Part shown: piece after piece, positions 12,401 to 24,155 of the stretch | Numbering within the stretch: the first letter of the stretch is position 1 | How the letters are laid out: each line of letters opens with the position of its first letter | Assembly: GCA_002633005.1 (NCBI GenBank) | Contig: NMRA01000275.1 | Span: 185,282-249,281 of the forward strand | Source: Phoronis australis | Taxonomy: Eukaryota > Animalia > Phoronida | Direction of reading: 5' to 3' | Length of the DNA stretch: 64,000 nucleotides | Translations under genes and position numbers: made by a program | The notes under the pieces: generated by a model | The model's database searches: none | Told to the model about the DNA's origin: nothing | Seen by the model: only the letters and a program-made list of their open reading frames with translations

Positions 12401-12523
12401 CTGGAGAAAATCATATTTTTCCCGATTATTTCTGAATTGTCAGAAGTTGGCTATACATTGCAAGCATGCTAGGTGTCAGGGTTGTTTTACTAGTCTTCCT
12501 AAAATTTATGTTTTATTTTTCAG

Positions 12524-12580
12524 GAGCAGTACTCATTTTGTTACCAGCTAGCGGTGGAGTTTGTTACTGAACTGTGCTAG
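12524..12580 (+). CDS. Receptor-type protein tyrosine phosphatase, final coding exon
   Basis: ttttcag|GAG CAG TAC ... TGC TAG = EQYSFCYQLAVEFVTELC*, which matches the PTP terminal motif EQY.F.Y. Confidence 0.9.
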   Translation, partial: EQYSFCYQLAVEFVTELC

Positions 12581-12848
12581 TCTTGTGACCACCTTTAAAA
12601 TTTAACCAGTCTAACATGTTTGTCAGCGGATTGAAACTTTTTAATGTTGACAGATTGGATCCTCGTTTTGGAATGTTTGGTGACAAGTGTAAACAAACTG
12701 CAGTTGTGTCGTTACCTTTAGTGTAAACCGAGTTGTGGAAGCTCACACTGCAAGTATACCATAAGTTAACTCATGAAATAATGTGTGTTTACAGCATGCT
12801 TCAGTCATAATGTCTTAAAATGCGTCTGTACCATCAGATCCGATTTCA

Positions 12849-14315
12849 TTTTTATGCGACCACATGTATGTATGTGGGCGCAATATGCCGTTATACCTGT
12901 CCGTCCGTTCCGTCGATAGTGCGATGCTGTATCTTCGAAAGGTCTTCATGAATGTGCGTAAGATTTTGCGGTAATGTTTACATCATAGATGGGACGGCAC
13001 GAGCGAATTTCGAACGTATTTGACTGTATCCGTGTGTGTTAGTGGCAATTTTAGTTTTTACATTTGTCTGTTATCTTCGGGTTCCTTGACCAATGTCAGA
13101 TGGATTTGCCGTAGTTTACAAAACTAGTAGTCATTTCTACTGTTTTCTTTTTTTTTTCACGCCCACCACACTATTCGCCAAACTGCCCAGTTAAGAAACT
13201 CGAAAATGTGCTGAATGATGTTTCTGTGGAGAAGAGCAAGGTTGACTTTAAATTTCGGACAACGCTGACTACTGGAGCGGCCCCTAGTTGCAGTGTATTT
13301 TTTTCACCGGGTGTCAAATTTGGCAAGTACATTTCTATGAGCGAGACAACTACCGGTGTGCCCCCTAGTGGCAGTTGTATTTTTTGTGTTTCCCTCTTAG
13401 TCTTCGGAATTGCTTTATATATTTTCATCAAATTTGGTCAACAGTATTTTTATTGAGAAGGTGATGATTCCTTCTCATTTTTGGATAAAGTGGAGGTACT
13501 GTATACTACTTAGTCGCCATTGCTATAAATGTCAAGATGACTTTTGATGTCTGCCTCCGTCCATTCTAGGATGAAAATTGGCATATGTGTTCCTACTGGG
13601 AAGACCACGGCTGTCGATGATCTTCGAACGGATCCGACTGCTGTGGCACCCCTCTTGTGGCAATTTTGATTTTTGCCAGTAACTCATTATCCACCACATT
13701 CCTTGATGGATTTTTATGAAATGTGTTTCTATTCAGTGTACTTAAGAAGCTGGCGACAAATGATGAGTTTAGGATCGATCCGACTGGTCGTGTGCTCTTT
13801 ACTGACCATTATTATTATTATTGAGTCATCCTCTCAATCGGCTAAAATGATCAAATGATCAATGAGAAATTTTGGAAATGTTATTTTACCGACAACAGTA
13901 CAACTGGCGTTGATTTTCGGTTGGTTCCGCTTTTGTGGCGCCCTCCCACTCTGGCAATTTTTTTCCTTTGCTTTTGTACCCACAGATGTATCTCCTTGCA
14001 GGATCTTTTGGAAATAGGCCAAGTGTATTCCTATGAACAGATCTCACTTTCTTTTCGACGTGTCACTGTTCTGAGCAGCGGCAATTATATTTTTTTCGTT
14101 TGCCTTTGCATCTTCAGCGTTCCTGAGCAGATTGTCATGACATTTGACGAATAGGGTTTTTATGAGGAAGACGACGATGTCTTCCTATTTTCGGATGGGT
14201 TCGACATATTCTGCATCACCTAGTGGACATTTCTTGACGCTAACAAACACTCCTAGAAGCATGCCGTTTGCCATGCACGTGGTGGGCACATGACAACGCT
14301 CTGCGTTGCTCTTGT
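12849..14315 (+). mobile_element. Helentron-associated element, family A copy 2 (more diverged)
   Basis: Same 5' hairpin (TTTTTATGCGACCACATGTATGTATGTGGGCGCA), a short CCGT run, monomers with CCCCTAGTGGC cores, and the same 3' end (GTGGGCAC...CGCTCTGCGTTGCTCTTGT). Confidence 0.7.
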
Positions 14316-15922
14316 GATATTAACTGATATGATTCGAATTTCCTCGTTTAATTGATATTTTAGACATTTATTACAATGTACAAAGTGTAGTTAATTGTTA
14401 TTTTTACAAATGTGTATTATATAGGAATAATTTAGCGAAAAACTTAACTTTTTCATGAATCGAATGTAATGGAAAATAGACCCGAATGAATGCAAACGGT
14501 TGGAGCCCTAATAGTCGGGTTGGAACAGAGGGTACTCATGCACTTAAGAGTACGTTTTTAACCTTCATTTTCATGGCAGTATTTAACAACTTTGATGATC
14601 GCAAGACGAAATTTTTGTTGGTTTATTCGTCGACACATTTATCATGGAATTCTCTTAAACTATTGTGTCTGGAATATATGTTGTCGTTAGAACAGTACAA
14701 CACACCAAGAACTTTAAGTAATATTTTCGTTAAGTCCATAATATGCCAAAAATAGCGAAAATAAGTTCGCGAAAACCTAAAATTGGTCAATCCTTTTGCA
14801 GAGGAAAGAAGACAGAATGATCAATTTATAAAACGAATTTCTGAGACATTCAGGGCTGTTGGATTTCATGTTTGTATATAAATACCAGTCCATGAGATGT
14901 TACTAATTTGCATAAAATAAAGATGACTGACATTGTAGTGTTGTACCCCGTTCATAGCAGGTGATAATCACAAAAATAAGTAGTAGGTTTTGAACTCCTC
15001 CTCCGTTGTTCTTTGAGATCGTACAAGGCAAATACAATGACACGCAATGACACGTTAACTTGTAGATTTGTCCCTTCTTTCGAAGCCCAGAAATCACTTC
15101 CAATTTGACTAACGGACAATTTGATACCAAATTTATAACGTTAAGTGGTCGAAATTGAAAGTTTCTTTTGTGATGGAAGACGAATTTACAGCTTCTTTTA
15201 AAAAACGTCTCTACGCTGAAAAAATGTTTCTCTCAGTAATAAGAGAACTTCCAGATATATCAATTTGCAACAAGTTTCTAACATGGTTTCCAATGTTGCA
15301 GTGAAACGGAGCATCTGGGATAAAATTTCGTTTCAGTAAGAAATGAAATTAAGTACTTACCACGTAGATTTCAAATAACCACTGGCGGATCCTTGATGTC
15401 GTATGGAGAGGCCCGACTTAACTTTTCGAAAATGTCCGCGTAAGCCCTAAAAACGCTATACACACGTTTTTGTCTTTGTTCTCTCCTTAAATACGCCTAT
15501 GGTAACGTATCTTATTGACTTAATCAAAATCTTCGTGTACCTCTTAATGGGATGCTACATTGCCATGTTGGCGATCTTATATAAACTCATGACCTGATTT
15601 AACAATCATGATTCAAACGTGATGTCTTGCTATCCTTAACACCTCAAATATGCCGCTGTATGAATCGAATTAATTGACTTATCTGCAAACAGTTTCATAC
15701 TTTCGAGCACTAAATGTAGCAGGTATTTCAGACACAGTGCTTTAAAACAAATTTCAAAAGTTTGCTTCTTTTGAGTTGGCGTAACGGTTCACGCGGGAAA
15801 AGTGTACGAGGACGCACGTTCCGACAATACTAGATGTGCCATCAGACCATCTGCCGTCAAACGGTAGACTTAAATGAAAAGATTGTGATAATCAATGACG
15901 GATTTGTTTACCCTCATAAGTA

Positions 15923-16763
15923 CCAGTGGCGGATCTAGGATAGCACAAGGGGGCCCAACTTTTTGTCCGGCTGTAAGCATTTGCGCAAACTGAACCACTA
16001 TTGCAGATGCGCATAGCACCGAATGGGGGGAGGTCGGGAGGGGGGCAAACCCCCCAGGAATTTTTTATGTTTTTACCTCTAAAAATCAAGCATTTTCCTT
16101 GATTCCTCAGTGAAGTATTATCCCAGAAAAAAAAGGCAAAAAAACATGGAGAATGTGTCAAACAGGAAAAACTGCAAGTAACAAAGACTCAAACTCAAGA
16201 CCTGGCGGATAGGGCGCGCGTGCGTTACCACTACACCACCACGATTTAACTACTAATCTTATACTAAGAGACCTACTTGTTGTAGTTTATGGTCCACAGC
16301 GTTTGGGCGCGAAACCTACTTCTTTTTGTAATGCTTATTACACGTTTTACATTTTGTGCCATCAATTCTTAACAAATTTGTCGTATTTAAAATAGTCTTC
16401 AAATGCCCAAAAGACCAAATCGGTTTTTCGTGTTGGCAATAATGATGGGATTGCTTTGGAAATCGTCTTACGATAAGGTTTGACAAAGAGAGTATTGCGA
16501 GTTTCTGAGTGATTCACTAAGGCTTCGATTAAAATTCACATCTTACCAGCAGCTTCTGTTTTTTCATCGTCACTCAGGTTCCATTTTCTTTAAAAAATGA
16601 AGTAAATTTTCTTCATTGCACAGTGGAGCACGGAGTCGTAGTGCGCAGCGCCACTGCCGGTCGCCTGGGATGTCGCGGGAGAGCCTATACTTAGCCNGTA
16701 TTTTTTGCGGCAGCCAAGGGGGAGGCAGGCCCCCTGCCCCCCCCCCCCTTAAATCCGCCTATG
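15923..16763. mobile_element. GC-rich MITE fragments (CAGTGGCGGATCT... and ...AAATCCGCCTATG ends), with a tRNA-like head at ~16185-16245 (-) and an N gap
   Basis: Terminal motifs resemble the 5072 MITE. The reverse complement GTGGTGTAGTGGTAACGCAC...GAGTTTGAGTC resembles Pol III A and B boxes. Confidence 0.4.
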
Positions 16764-17479
16764 CAGTACTTGGTCATAACTGCATCCAACAACTTTATAT
16801 CAGTGAACTTCTGCACTTATACGATATTATCCTTTGAACATCTTTTCATTCTCAGCATAATTTTCATTCATGGAAAGAAACATGTACACAATAAAGTCGC
16901 AGACTCGGAATTTTCCGTGCTTTATTAACGTACAAGTACATGAAACTGGATTCAAAAGCACATCCCACCAACTCTCCGCTGTCATCGTCACCACAGTAAG
17001 CTAGTATCAAACTAGAACAATAGCAGAGACTAGACGCCTCAAGTCTATTCTGGCTTATATTGGTGAGTCAAATAACGTCCAGTAACTTAGCAACAGAGAC
17101 TAGTCATCCCGAAAAGACCACAGATTGGACCCCCTTCATAATAATTCTCATTTAATTTTAATAGAATGTCGATATCCGCTGGGTAACAGCAACGCATTTA
17201 CAGTTTACATCCTTGGAATCAATGAGATAAATCAAGTTCATTGTAACTGTCAATAAATCCTCGTAAACATGCGCGTCATAAACACAGAAATAATTTACGG
17301 GAGCAAAACAATTTTCGTCAAGAAGAAATAACCACGAACTATCTAGAAAATTAGTAAACATGAAAACTGACTAAGCTAAGACAAATCTTAAACTTAAGGT
17401 TATCTAGGACCTTCAGCCGATTTTACTAAAAGCTTTTTAAGTGAAAACTTTACGTTATGCCTCAAAAACGCCTGGAACG

Positions 17480-18800
17480 GGCTCCTGGGGCTGCATTTGT
17501 AGTGGTTGGGATTCATGTCTTCCCATACGCTATGTGAGAAAATGTATTCATGTTGTACAGTTTTGGTGCGTCACTGCTCGTATTTTTCATTGTACAATTA
17601 ATTAGCATTGTTGTAAACTAGGTTCTTGGCTTGGAATTGGGAAAGCATTTTTTCCAAAAAGAAACCATTCTTCGTTACCGCTGTAAACAAGACATGAAAA
17701 TTTTTAATCTATTTGGTGAAAGAATTAGTTGATTGTTGCTCAATAGGTGACGACGGATCAAACAACTTGGCCCTAAATGCGTACTTTAACTGCACGAAAA
17801 GCAAGTTCATAACTACTGGTTTTATGCCGAGGATAAATCCGGAAGGGTGTGGCGTTCCAGCGACTTGTTGTATCGTTAAATCACGCTCCGTGTGGAGAGA
17901 ACGTGCAGAAGAGGATGCATACGAAGGGTTCAATTTTGTGGAGCAATTATCATTTATAAAAACAAGCAAAGTGCTAGCGAACATAAAATTTAAAAACACA
18001 TTTTAAGTAAAAAATGTCAAAGTCAGGATACCTATGACTTTCCGTTTACACGTCTCCCGTTTCCGAATAAATGCCCGGATGTTTATTTGGTGTTACTAAA
18101 ACGTCTGAAATTCTTTATTTTCCGAATACACTTCCATGAGCTTATCTGCGGAAAATCCCGGTACCAATAACAGAGTCCTGGCGGCAAATCTTGTACTCGG
18201 ACACTCCTCAGACGGGGTTAAAACGTTTGCATCAAAAAAGTCACTTCCGGAAGCGTGGATCCCTTCAGGGTCGCCAGGAGACAAAAAGTATTGACTTCAC
18301 ACACTCGGGTCTTACAAATATGTCCCCTCTTCTTGTCCCCTCTGCAGTGCTGTATAGTGGGCGTAGGCGCACGTAGGCTCAGCCAACCACCTTTTGGGAT
18401 TTGAACGTAGCGCCTACACACCGTAAGTTACGTTAAGTGGTCAATGTGATACGGTGGACTTAGGGCGCCTACTTACCTCTAATTTTGCCACTACAGCACT
18501 GCCCCTCTGCGTCTTTAACTTCGAAAGTGATGCCACTGACTCAAACGTCTATAACAACCAAGCAACAGGGGCTGCATGTTTTCAGTAGCTTTTGCCTAAC
18601 GAGTACGAGAAGGCTCGTAGCCCTAGGACCAAGTGAGCTTTGTCGATTGGAAACCAACAACCTGGAATACTCGACATAGAAATGCACGTACTGGCCGTTC
18701 ATGAAAAGAGTCGACAATAAAATACACAAAAGTACGCTGCTCGAGTACGAGCAATTCCAAGCGCGTAGTACGAAACAATCTACCAGCAAGTGGCAGCGTT
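17480..18800 (+). pseudogene. Intronless TspanC8-type tetraspanin pseudogene, paralogue of 22305-24155
   Basis: Colinear fragments with frameshifts and stops: GAAFVVVG (TM2), YSFGASLLVFFIVQLISIVVN*VLG (TM3), FQKETILRYRCKQDM, DCCSIGDDGSNNLALNAYFNCTKSKFITTGFMPRINPEGCGVPATCCIVK (large extracellular loop, LEL) and QLSFIKTSKVLANIK (TM4 end). The 3' boundary is approximate. Confidence 0.8.
18345..18501. mobile_element. hAT-type MITE with 8-bp TSD
   Basis: TIR CAGTGCTGTA(T)AGTGG / CCACTACAGCACTG; perfect TSD CCCCTCTG at 18337-18344 and 18502-18509. Confidence 0.85.
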
Positions 18801-19659
18801 GCCTGTAAGCAAACGACCACCACTGATATCATAGAATTCTAGCCCTGGAAATTTCCTGGAATGCAAACTCCAATCTCGCGACTGCTGAGGTATCGCTGCG
18901 AGCTGTTTGCATTCGTTTGTTCCGGTGTGTGTACTTGCTATGGAATTTGTCACTAAAAGTTTTTGCTACTCCGGTGTTTTTACCAAATTGCATCAGAGCC
19001 ATGTCATAAGAAACCTTTTGTCAGTTCTTGATCATTATATCAGAAGCAAAAGATAAATAATTTAATTCATTAGTAAGTGTCATTTCGCATACCTGAATGG
19101 TTTAAAAATGTTTTTAATTCTAAAAGCAGGATGTTACAAAAGGATTTCTTCCCTATAGATACTAAGGTTTAGAATATGGATACATCACACTTGTTGAGGA
19201 TAATATAGTCAGGCATTCCTCCAGAATTATACTTTTATATATATTGTAATTAAGTGAAGCTTTGGTGCCCTTGTCCAGTAAAAATTCAGAATGCGGTGAC
19301 ATTTAAGAAAAAATGCGATAAACTACTCCAAACATTCATCCAAGATTTGGAGATAAAGGTTTTCTGACTGAAAGGTGGGCAAACAACCATCACGTAGCTT
19401 TGAAATGCACTGTGTATAGTTCATCACATTGGTTGCAGTGTTGGACTTTCCGAAAAAGTTTACAAACAAATTCTGTTCTTCAGAAAGAAAAAATAGTGAT
19501 TCTGAAATATAAAGTGTATGTTACCTTAAACAAGAGACATTGGAACCGCCACATTCTTACCACTGTTATGTTACTAGAGAAAGTGGACTCTGGAAAATAA
19601 CAATTTTCATAAAGATACAATGTTATTTAGAACACGTGTTGCATAATTGTTACAATCAA

Positions 19660-20070
19660 CATGGAGAAATAAAAACCCTCCTACGAAGTCACTTTAGAAA
19701 TGCCTGGAGGGCACGCCTACATCTGGGGACTGAAGAAGACTATATCCACCAGCTTGACCGGCAGGAACAAGTCACTATCTTCAGGCTAAGAACCGGCCAC
19801 TGCCAGCTGTTCTCCCACATACATCGCCTGAAAATCTCTCACACAGAAGAGTGCCCCTGTGGCACTGGCCCCCAGACACCTGAGCATTTACTGCAGAGCT
19901 GCCCTTCGTTCGATTCCCTAAAGCGCCAGACATGGCCCAATCCGGTGAAACTCAAGGTAAAACTGTGGGGCCCGACGGCATCATTTGCGGCGAACTGCAG
20001 ACTTCGCCCAAAAGACCAGACTGACTATCTAAGCTACATGGCCGGGAACGCTGCAGAAGAAGTTACGGTC
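19660..20070 (+). mobile_element. 3' end of an I-group-like LINE ORF2 (RLRTGH motif plus CCHC knuckle)
   Basis: QVTIFRLRTGHCQL..H......TEECPCGTGPQTPEHLLQSCP; same family as 8905-9270. Confidence 0.8.
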
Positions 20071-20549
20071 AACATTCAAGAACGTAAAACTGAACAACCG
20101 GGTTGAAAAGCGAGACTTAGAACAAAGACCTACCGACAAAAATGCCCGACAGTGTTTTTTTCATTGGTGTTTTTTAGAGTAAAATGGGAAATGGCGGGTG
20201 ACGCAAAAACCCATGAAACCTTCATTTTTTCTTTTTAGTTGAGCGGGAAAATATGGCTATGTTGCGTGGGAAATTACAACAGAATATGATAATATGTCAG
20301 TTTGGCCGTTTGTCGAAAAGCGAGACATTTAGGTGTGTGGAGGTAAAGCGGAAAAAAATTTTAAAAAACGGAACAGTCCGCCAAGAGCGGGACACACTGT
20401 ACGCTGAGAGCAACACAAAGTACTGGATTGCGTTCTTTTACATGGTAAGAGTTGACATACTTCTCAAAAATCAAATTAACAAAAAGGCATATGGGCAACA
20501 GGTAAACATTGCACAAATGAATTCTAATAGAGCAATGGAAACAGAAATA

Positions 20550-20620
20550 ACACATACGCACACGCACACATACACACACACACGCACGCAAGCACACACT
20601 CACACACACACACACACACT
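20550..20620. repeat. Imperfect (CA)n microsatellite
   Basis: Directly visible. Confidence 0.9.
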
Positions 20621-22304
20621 TACCTAAGCAATTATGAGTATTTTTTTTCAAAAGTTACCTAAACACGCCTGTTTTAGGGCCTAAATTTTTCATTCAAGCC
20701 AAATGTAACTTCTTTCCGTAAAATACTGTAACATGATTTTAATACCGAAAAATGTCTTGTCGAAAAACTCCTGGCATGTAGTATGATAGATTGTGGAAAG
20801 TGATTCTACGACTGCAGCTGAAAAGACACCAGAAACCAAATTAATTCGGCATCCGCCAAGGGCCGAAAGTCAATTAACAGCAACCATAGATTGTAACAAA
20901 AAGTTCACAAACTAGTTACATGTAGGATAATGTCATAAAAGCTGCACCTCCCACGAGCACACAACTGGCCACGGCTACAAAAGGACAGGATCAACAGCAC
21001 GCTTTGGTGTTGTCTTCGAGAAGTGGGAAATAACGAAAGATCCTCATCCGGGATCAATCAGGGCACCAACGATGCTCATGGAAACGACAAGACCATTGTC
21101 ATCGCTGTCGTCACCCTCATCCTCATCATCATTAAACAGTGACGACAAAATCGATACAGAAACAAAGGCATGTACATGAACAATGGTTCTATTGACAAGA
21201 AAGCAAACACTGATCAGGCAATAAGAAACGGTCGTTGGAAAATCTCAAATAAATCAAGAACGGTCAATGGTTTCGAAAATTGACAGCTTTTCCATGCACC
21301 CTGCCCTTGGACATACGTACGGTACGGGAATCAGACCGACAGTATAAGGAATCGTTTTGTTGTTATGTTTGACGCCTTGTGATCTTGCATTTATCACAAT
21401 GAAACACGAACTTGTGCTAAATGCATCGATTCAGTCTGTTCTTGTAGTGGCAGCAACCGCAAGACACAATGGCAGTTTTCAATTAGTGCACGGGTCCGGC
21501 TAGTAAAACTCGCGCACGATTATAAAAGGGAACTTAGACCACTTAGTGATAGAGTTGGCCTCAACTTACCTTTTACTCAGATAAGAAATATTTTTTGAGT
21601 TTGCTAAGAACTGGTAGTTCGTTATTCCTTGAGACCACTTATGTGCTCGACGACATAATTAGTCGGCACCGAAGTTTGAATTTTGTAATTAATTACAAGC
21701 AGCACTGCCAAAAGTACTCACGATACCAACAGTTCTACTATTGGAAGACTTTTAACAGCGTTTCAATGTCGATTTTATTATGTTTTTCGTTGTACTGGAC
21801 AGTAAAGTATATGTGAGAATTTCCAGTCAAAATATACTAATCGGAAACTGCACCAGATAATTTAGGATAGTGACGCCTCCCCTTGGTTAACACGGAACAA
21901 AATGTCGGAGTTGCGAATCTGTTGTCTATAATCTATGATTTGACATAGTCTGAGTAAAATTGATCAACATTGGTTAAAGCTGATAAATATTCCAGCACAT
22001 CGCAAGCCAAAATCGGTATATGACATGCTGGTCAAATTAGACGAGACCGGTCAGACAAACTGGGCTCCATCTGTCAGGAATTTGTTGCTAAGACGTGGAT
22101 TTCGAATGGTCACGATACATAATTCTGCAAAAAAGACTCGCGTGAACGGGCTTCATGTGTACTACACGCGCCCTTGTCTTACAAAATTAAGATGATTTTC
22201 TTGATAAGGTAGCTAAAGCAGGGTTGGTTTACCGACAGGCTGTTTCTGAACTACCTAAAGATCGTGCTTCAAGTGTTACAAAGTTCACAACGTGAACTAG
22301 AACT

Positions 22305-24155
22305 ATGCGGGTTAACATTAAAACATCAAAAAATTTCATCAGCAAAAAGTTGAAATATGTCATGTTCATATTGACTTTCGTTTTCTGGATTCTAGGAACA
22401 GCCGCCATAGTTGCTGGAGTTTACGTACTCTTGGTGAACAAAGCGATTGAAGAAAGAAGCGCAAACCGATCAGACGGTGGCCTGTCTTTAATAGGCAATC
22501 TTATGATGAAGCTTGGTGTGGCATTTGTACTAGCAGGCAGCATTATATTCGTTCTTGCCTTTGATGGATGTGTTGGAGCACTGCGAGAAAATTCATGCCT
22601 ATTAAACTTTTTTGCTGGATCCCTTATTGTAATATTTTTTCTGCAATGTGGTGGTCTGATAGTCGTATTTGTTCTCAGCGGGCCATTGGGCAATACGTTG
22701 ATAACTAAATTTAAAGAAGAAGCAATTCCCCTCTACCGGGACAGAGCAGATTTGCAAAACGCTATTGATCTAATGCAGGAATCCATTGGCTGCTGTGGCG
22801 TTGACGCCAATGGACCACTCGACTGGTCTTTAAACATGTACTTTAATTGTACAGAAACTGCATACGTTATTGTTGGTTCAGCTAAGAGAATTAATCCAGA
22901 GCGGTGTGCTGTTCCAGCATCTTGCTGCATTGTGAGGCCCGGTGAAATTCGAAATTTAAAATGTGGCGCAAACGTGCAGAGAATGACTGATGAAAAGAGA
23001 GCTGAGACAATTCACGATATTGGCTGCTTGAGCAAAATGCAGATACTAATACATGATAATCAGCTCTTGTTGACTGGGATTGCACTTGTGGTGGCAATAC
23101 CACAAATAATAATAATAAGTATGGCATTGATCTTGGCTAAGCAGATCAAACGACAAAAAGTGTGTTTAGAAAAATCGAAGCAACTAGAAGGTACCTCAGT
23201 GCCAAAAAGGTTTGAAGTCAGTAACGTTCCAACGCTTGGATCAGCTGAACGCAAACCGCGCCGGAACTTTGCAGTGGTAAGATCAAACAATCATGGCGCC
23301 GCACCAGCTGATGCAAGTAAATTACGACGTCAGCTAAAGGTCACACAGTCACCAGCAGTTGCAGACAGACAGTCTGAGAGAATAGACACCATACCATTCA
23401 CGTCCTTTCACGCAAAATCTACAGAAAATGTAAGGCCTCCTGCTACGTCAAAACACATTGTGGCAAAAAATGTGCCGGACACAGGGCAAAATACAGTCCT
23501 AAGTTTGAGCGCTGCTTCTAAATCAATGTGCAAAGAACCACTGGTCTTAGGCACGATGCCCAAGAAGTCATCCGCCGCTCTTAAACGTTTTTCAGACAAA
23601 GTCATTTTTACAAGTGAATCAAAGTCTCTCTCTAAAAGTAAACACGCTCTATCTTCATCTGCTCCTGCCAAACGTTCATCTGCACCTGTAGGAGAGACTC
23701 CAGTTAGCACCTTGATGAAAACACGTTTTGAACAAAACGAAAGAAAAGACAACCAATCCTTTAATACAGGTCAAGCCAATTTGTGCAACCAAGATAACAC
23801 ACTTACATCCGCACAAACAGCCAACTTGGGAAACGAACTTGACAGGTCTAACGATGAGAGTGACCGAAGTACGTTAAGAACAACAACTGCCAGTCCTGTG
23901 TCGCCAGTAACCACTGTGGTTAGCTGGCAGCCTTCGACTGGGTCCACATCTGTAACTGGAATCTCTGAAACATCGACAAGAATTTCAACCCCAGAATCAG
24001 CTCAGGTCATGTTTACTCAGAAATCTGGCAAAGAAAACGAGGTAACGGCGCGAGAAACACAGGGTACCACTCATAATACAAAAAACGACATCACTCTCTC
24101 GCCAGTTAACACTGAAGTTAATTTGCCATCCTTGTCTGGATCCAGTGTGGTCTAA
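22305..24155 (+). CDS. TspanC8-subfamily tetraspanin (TSPAN5/17/33-like), single-exon ORF, 616 aa with a long Ser/Thr-rich C-terminal tail
   Basis: Four hydrophobic segments, GCVGALREN after TM2, and an LEL with eight cysteines (CCG, YFNC, PERC, VPASCC, KCG, IGC). The 1851-bp ORF is uninterrupted. Confidence 0.93.
   Translation: MRVNIKTSKNFISKKLKYVMFILTFVFWILGTAAIVAGVYVLLVNKAIEERSANRSDGGLSLIGNLMMKLGVAFVLAGSIIFVLAFDGCVGALRENSCLLNFFAGSLIVIFFLQCGGLIVVFVLSGPLGNTLITKFKEEAIPLYRDRADLQNAIDLMQESIGCCGVDANGPLDWSLNMYFNCTETAYVIVGSAKRINPERCAVPASCCIVRPGEIRNLKCGANVQRMTDEKRAETIHDIGCLSKMQILIHDNQLLLTGIALVVAIPQIIIISMALILAKQIKRQKVCLEKSKQLEGTSVPKRFEVSNVPTLGSAERKPRRNFAVVRSNNHGAAPADASKLRRQLKVTQSPAVADRQSERIDTIPFTSFHAKSTENVRPPATSKHIVAKNVPDTGQNTVLSLSAASKSMCKEPLVLGTMPKKSSAALKRFSDKVIFTSESKSLSKSKHALSSSAPAKRSSAPVGETPVSTLMKTRFEQNERKDNQSFNTGQANLCNQDNTLTSAQTANLGNELDRSNDESDRSTLRTTTASPVSPVTTVVSWQPSTGSTSVTGISETSTRISTPESAQVMFTQKSGKENEVTARETQGTTHNTKNDITLSPVNTEVNLPSLSGSSVV

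Noticed and set aside
19540-20106. 188-aa ORF as a host gene
   Set aside because: It is the C-terminal zinc-knuckle region of a LINE ORF2 and lacks a real start.
22421-23752. Antisense ORFs over the tetraspanin
   Set aside because: These are shadow frames of the real + strand CDS.
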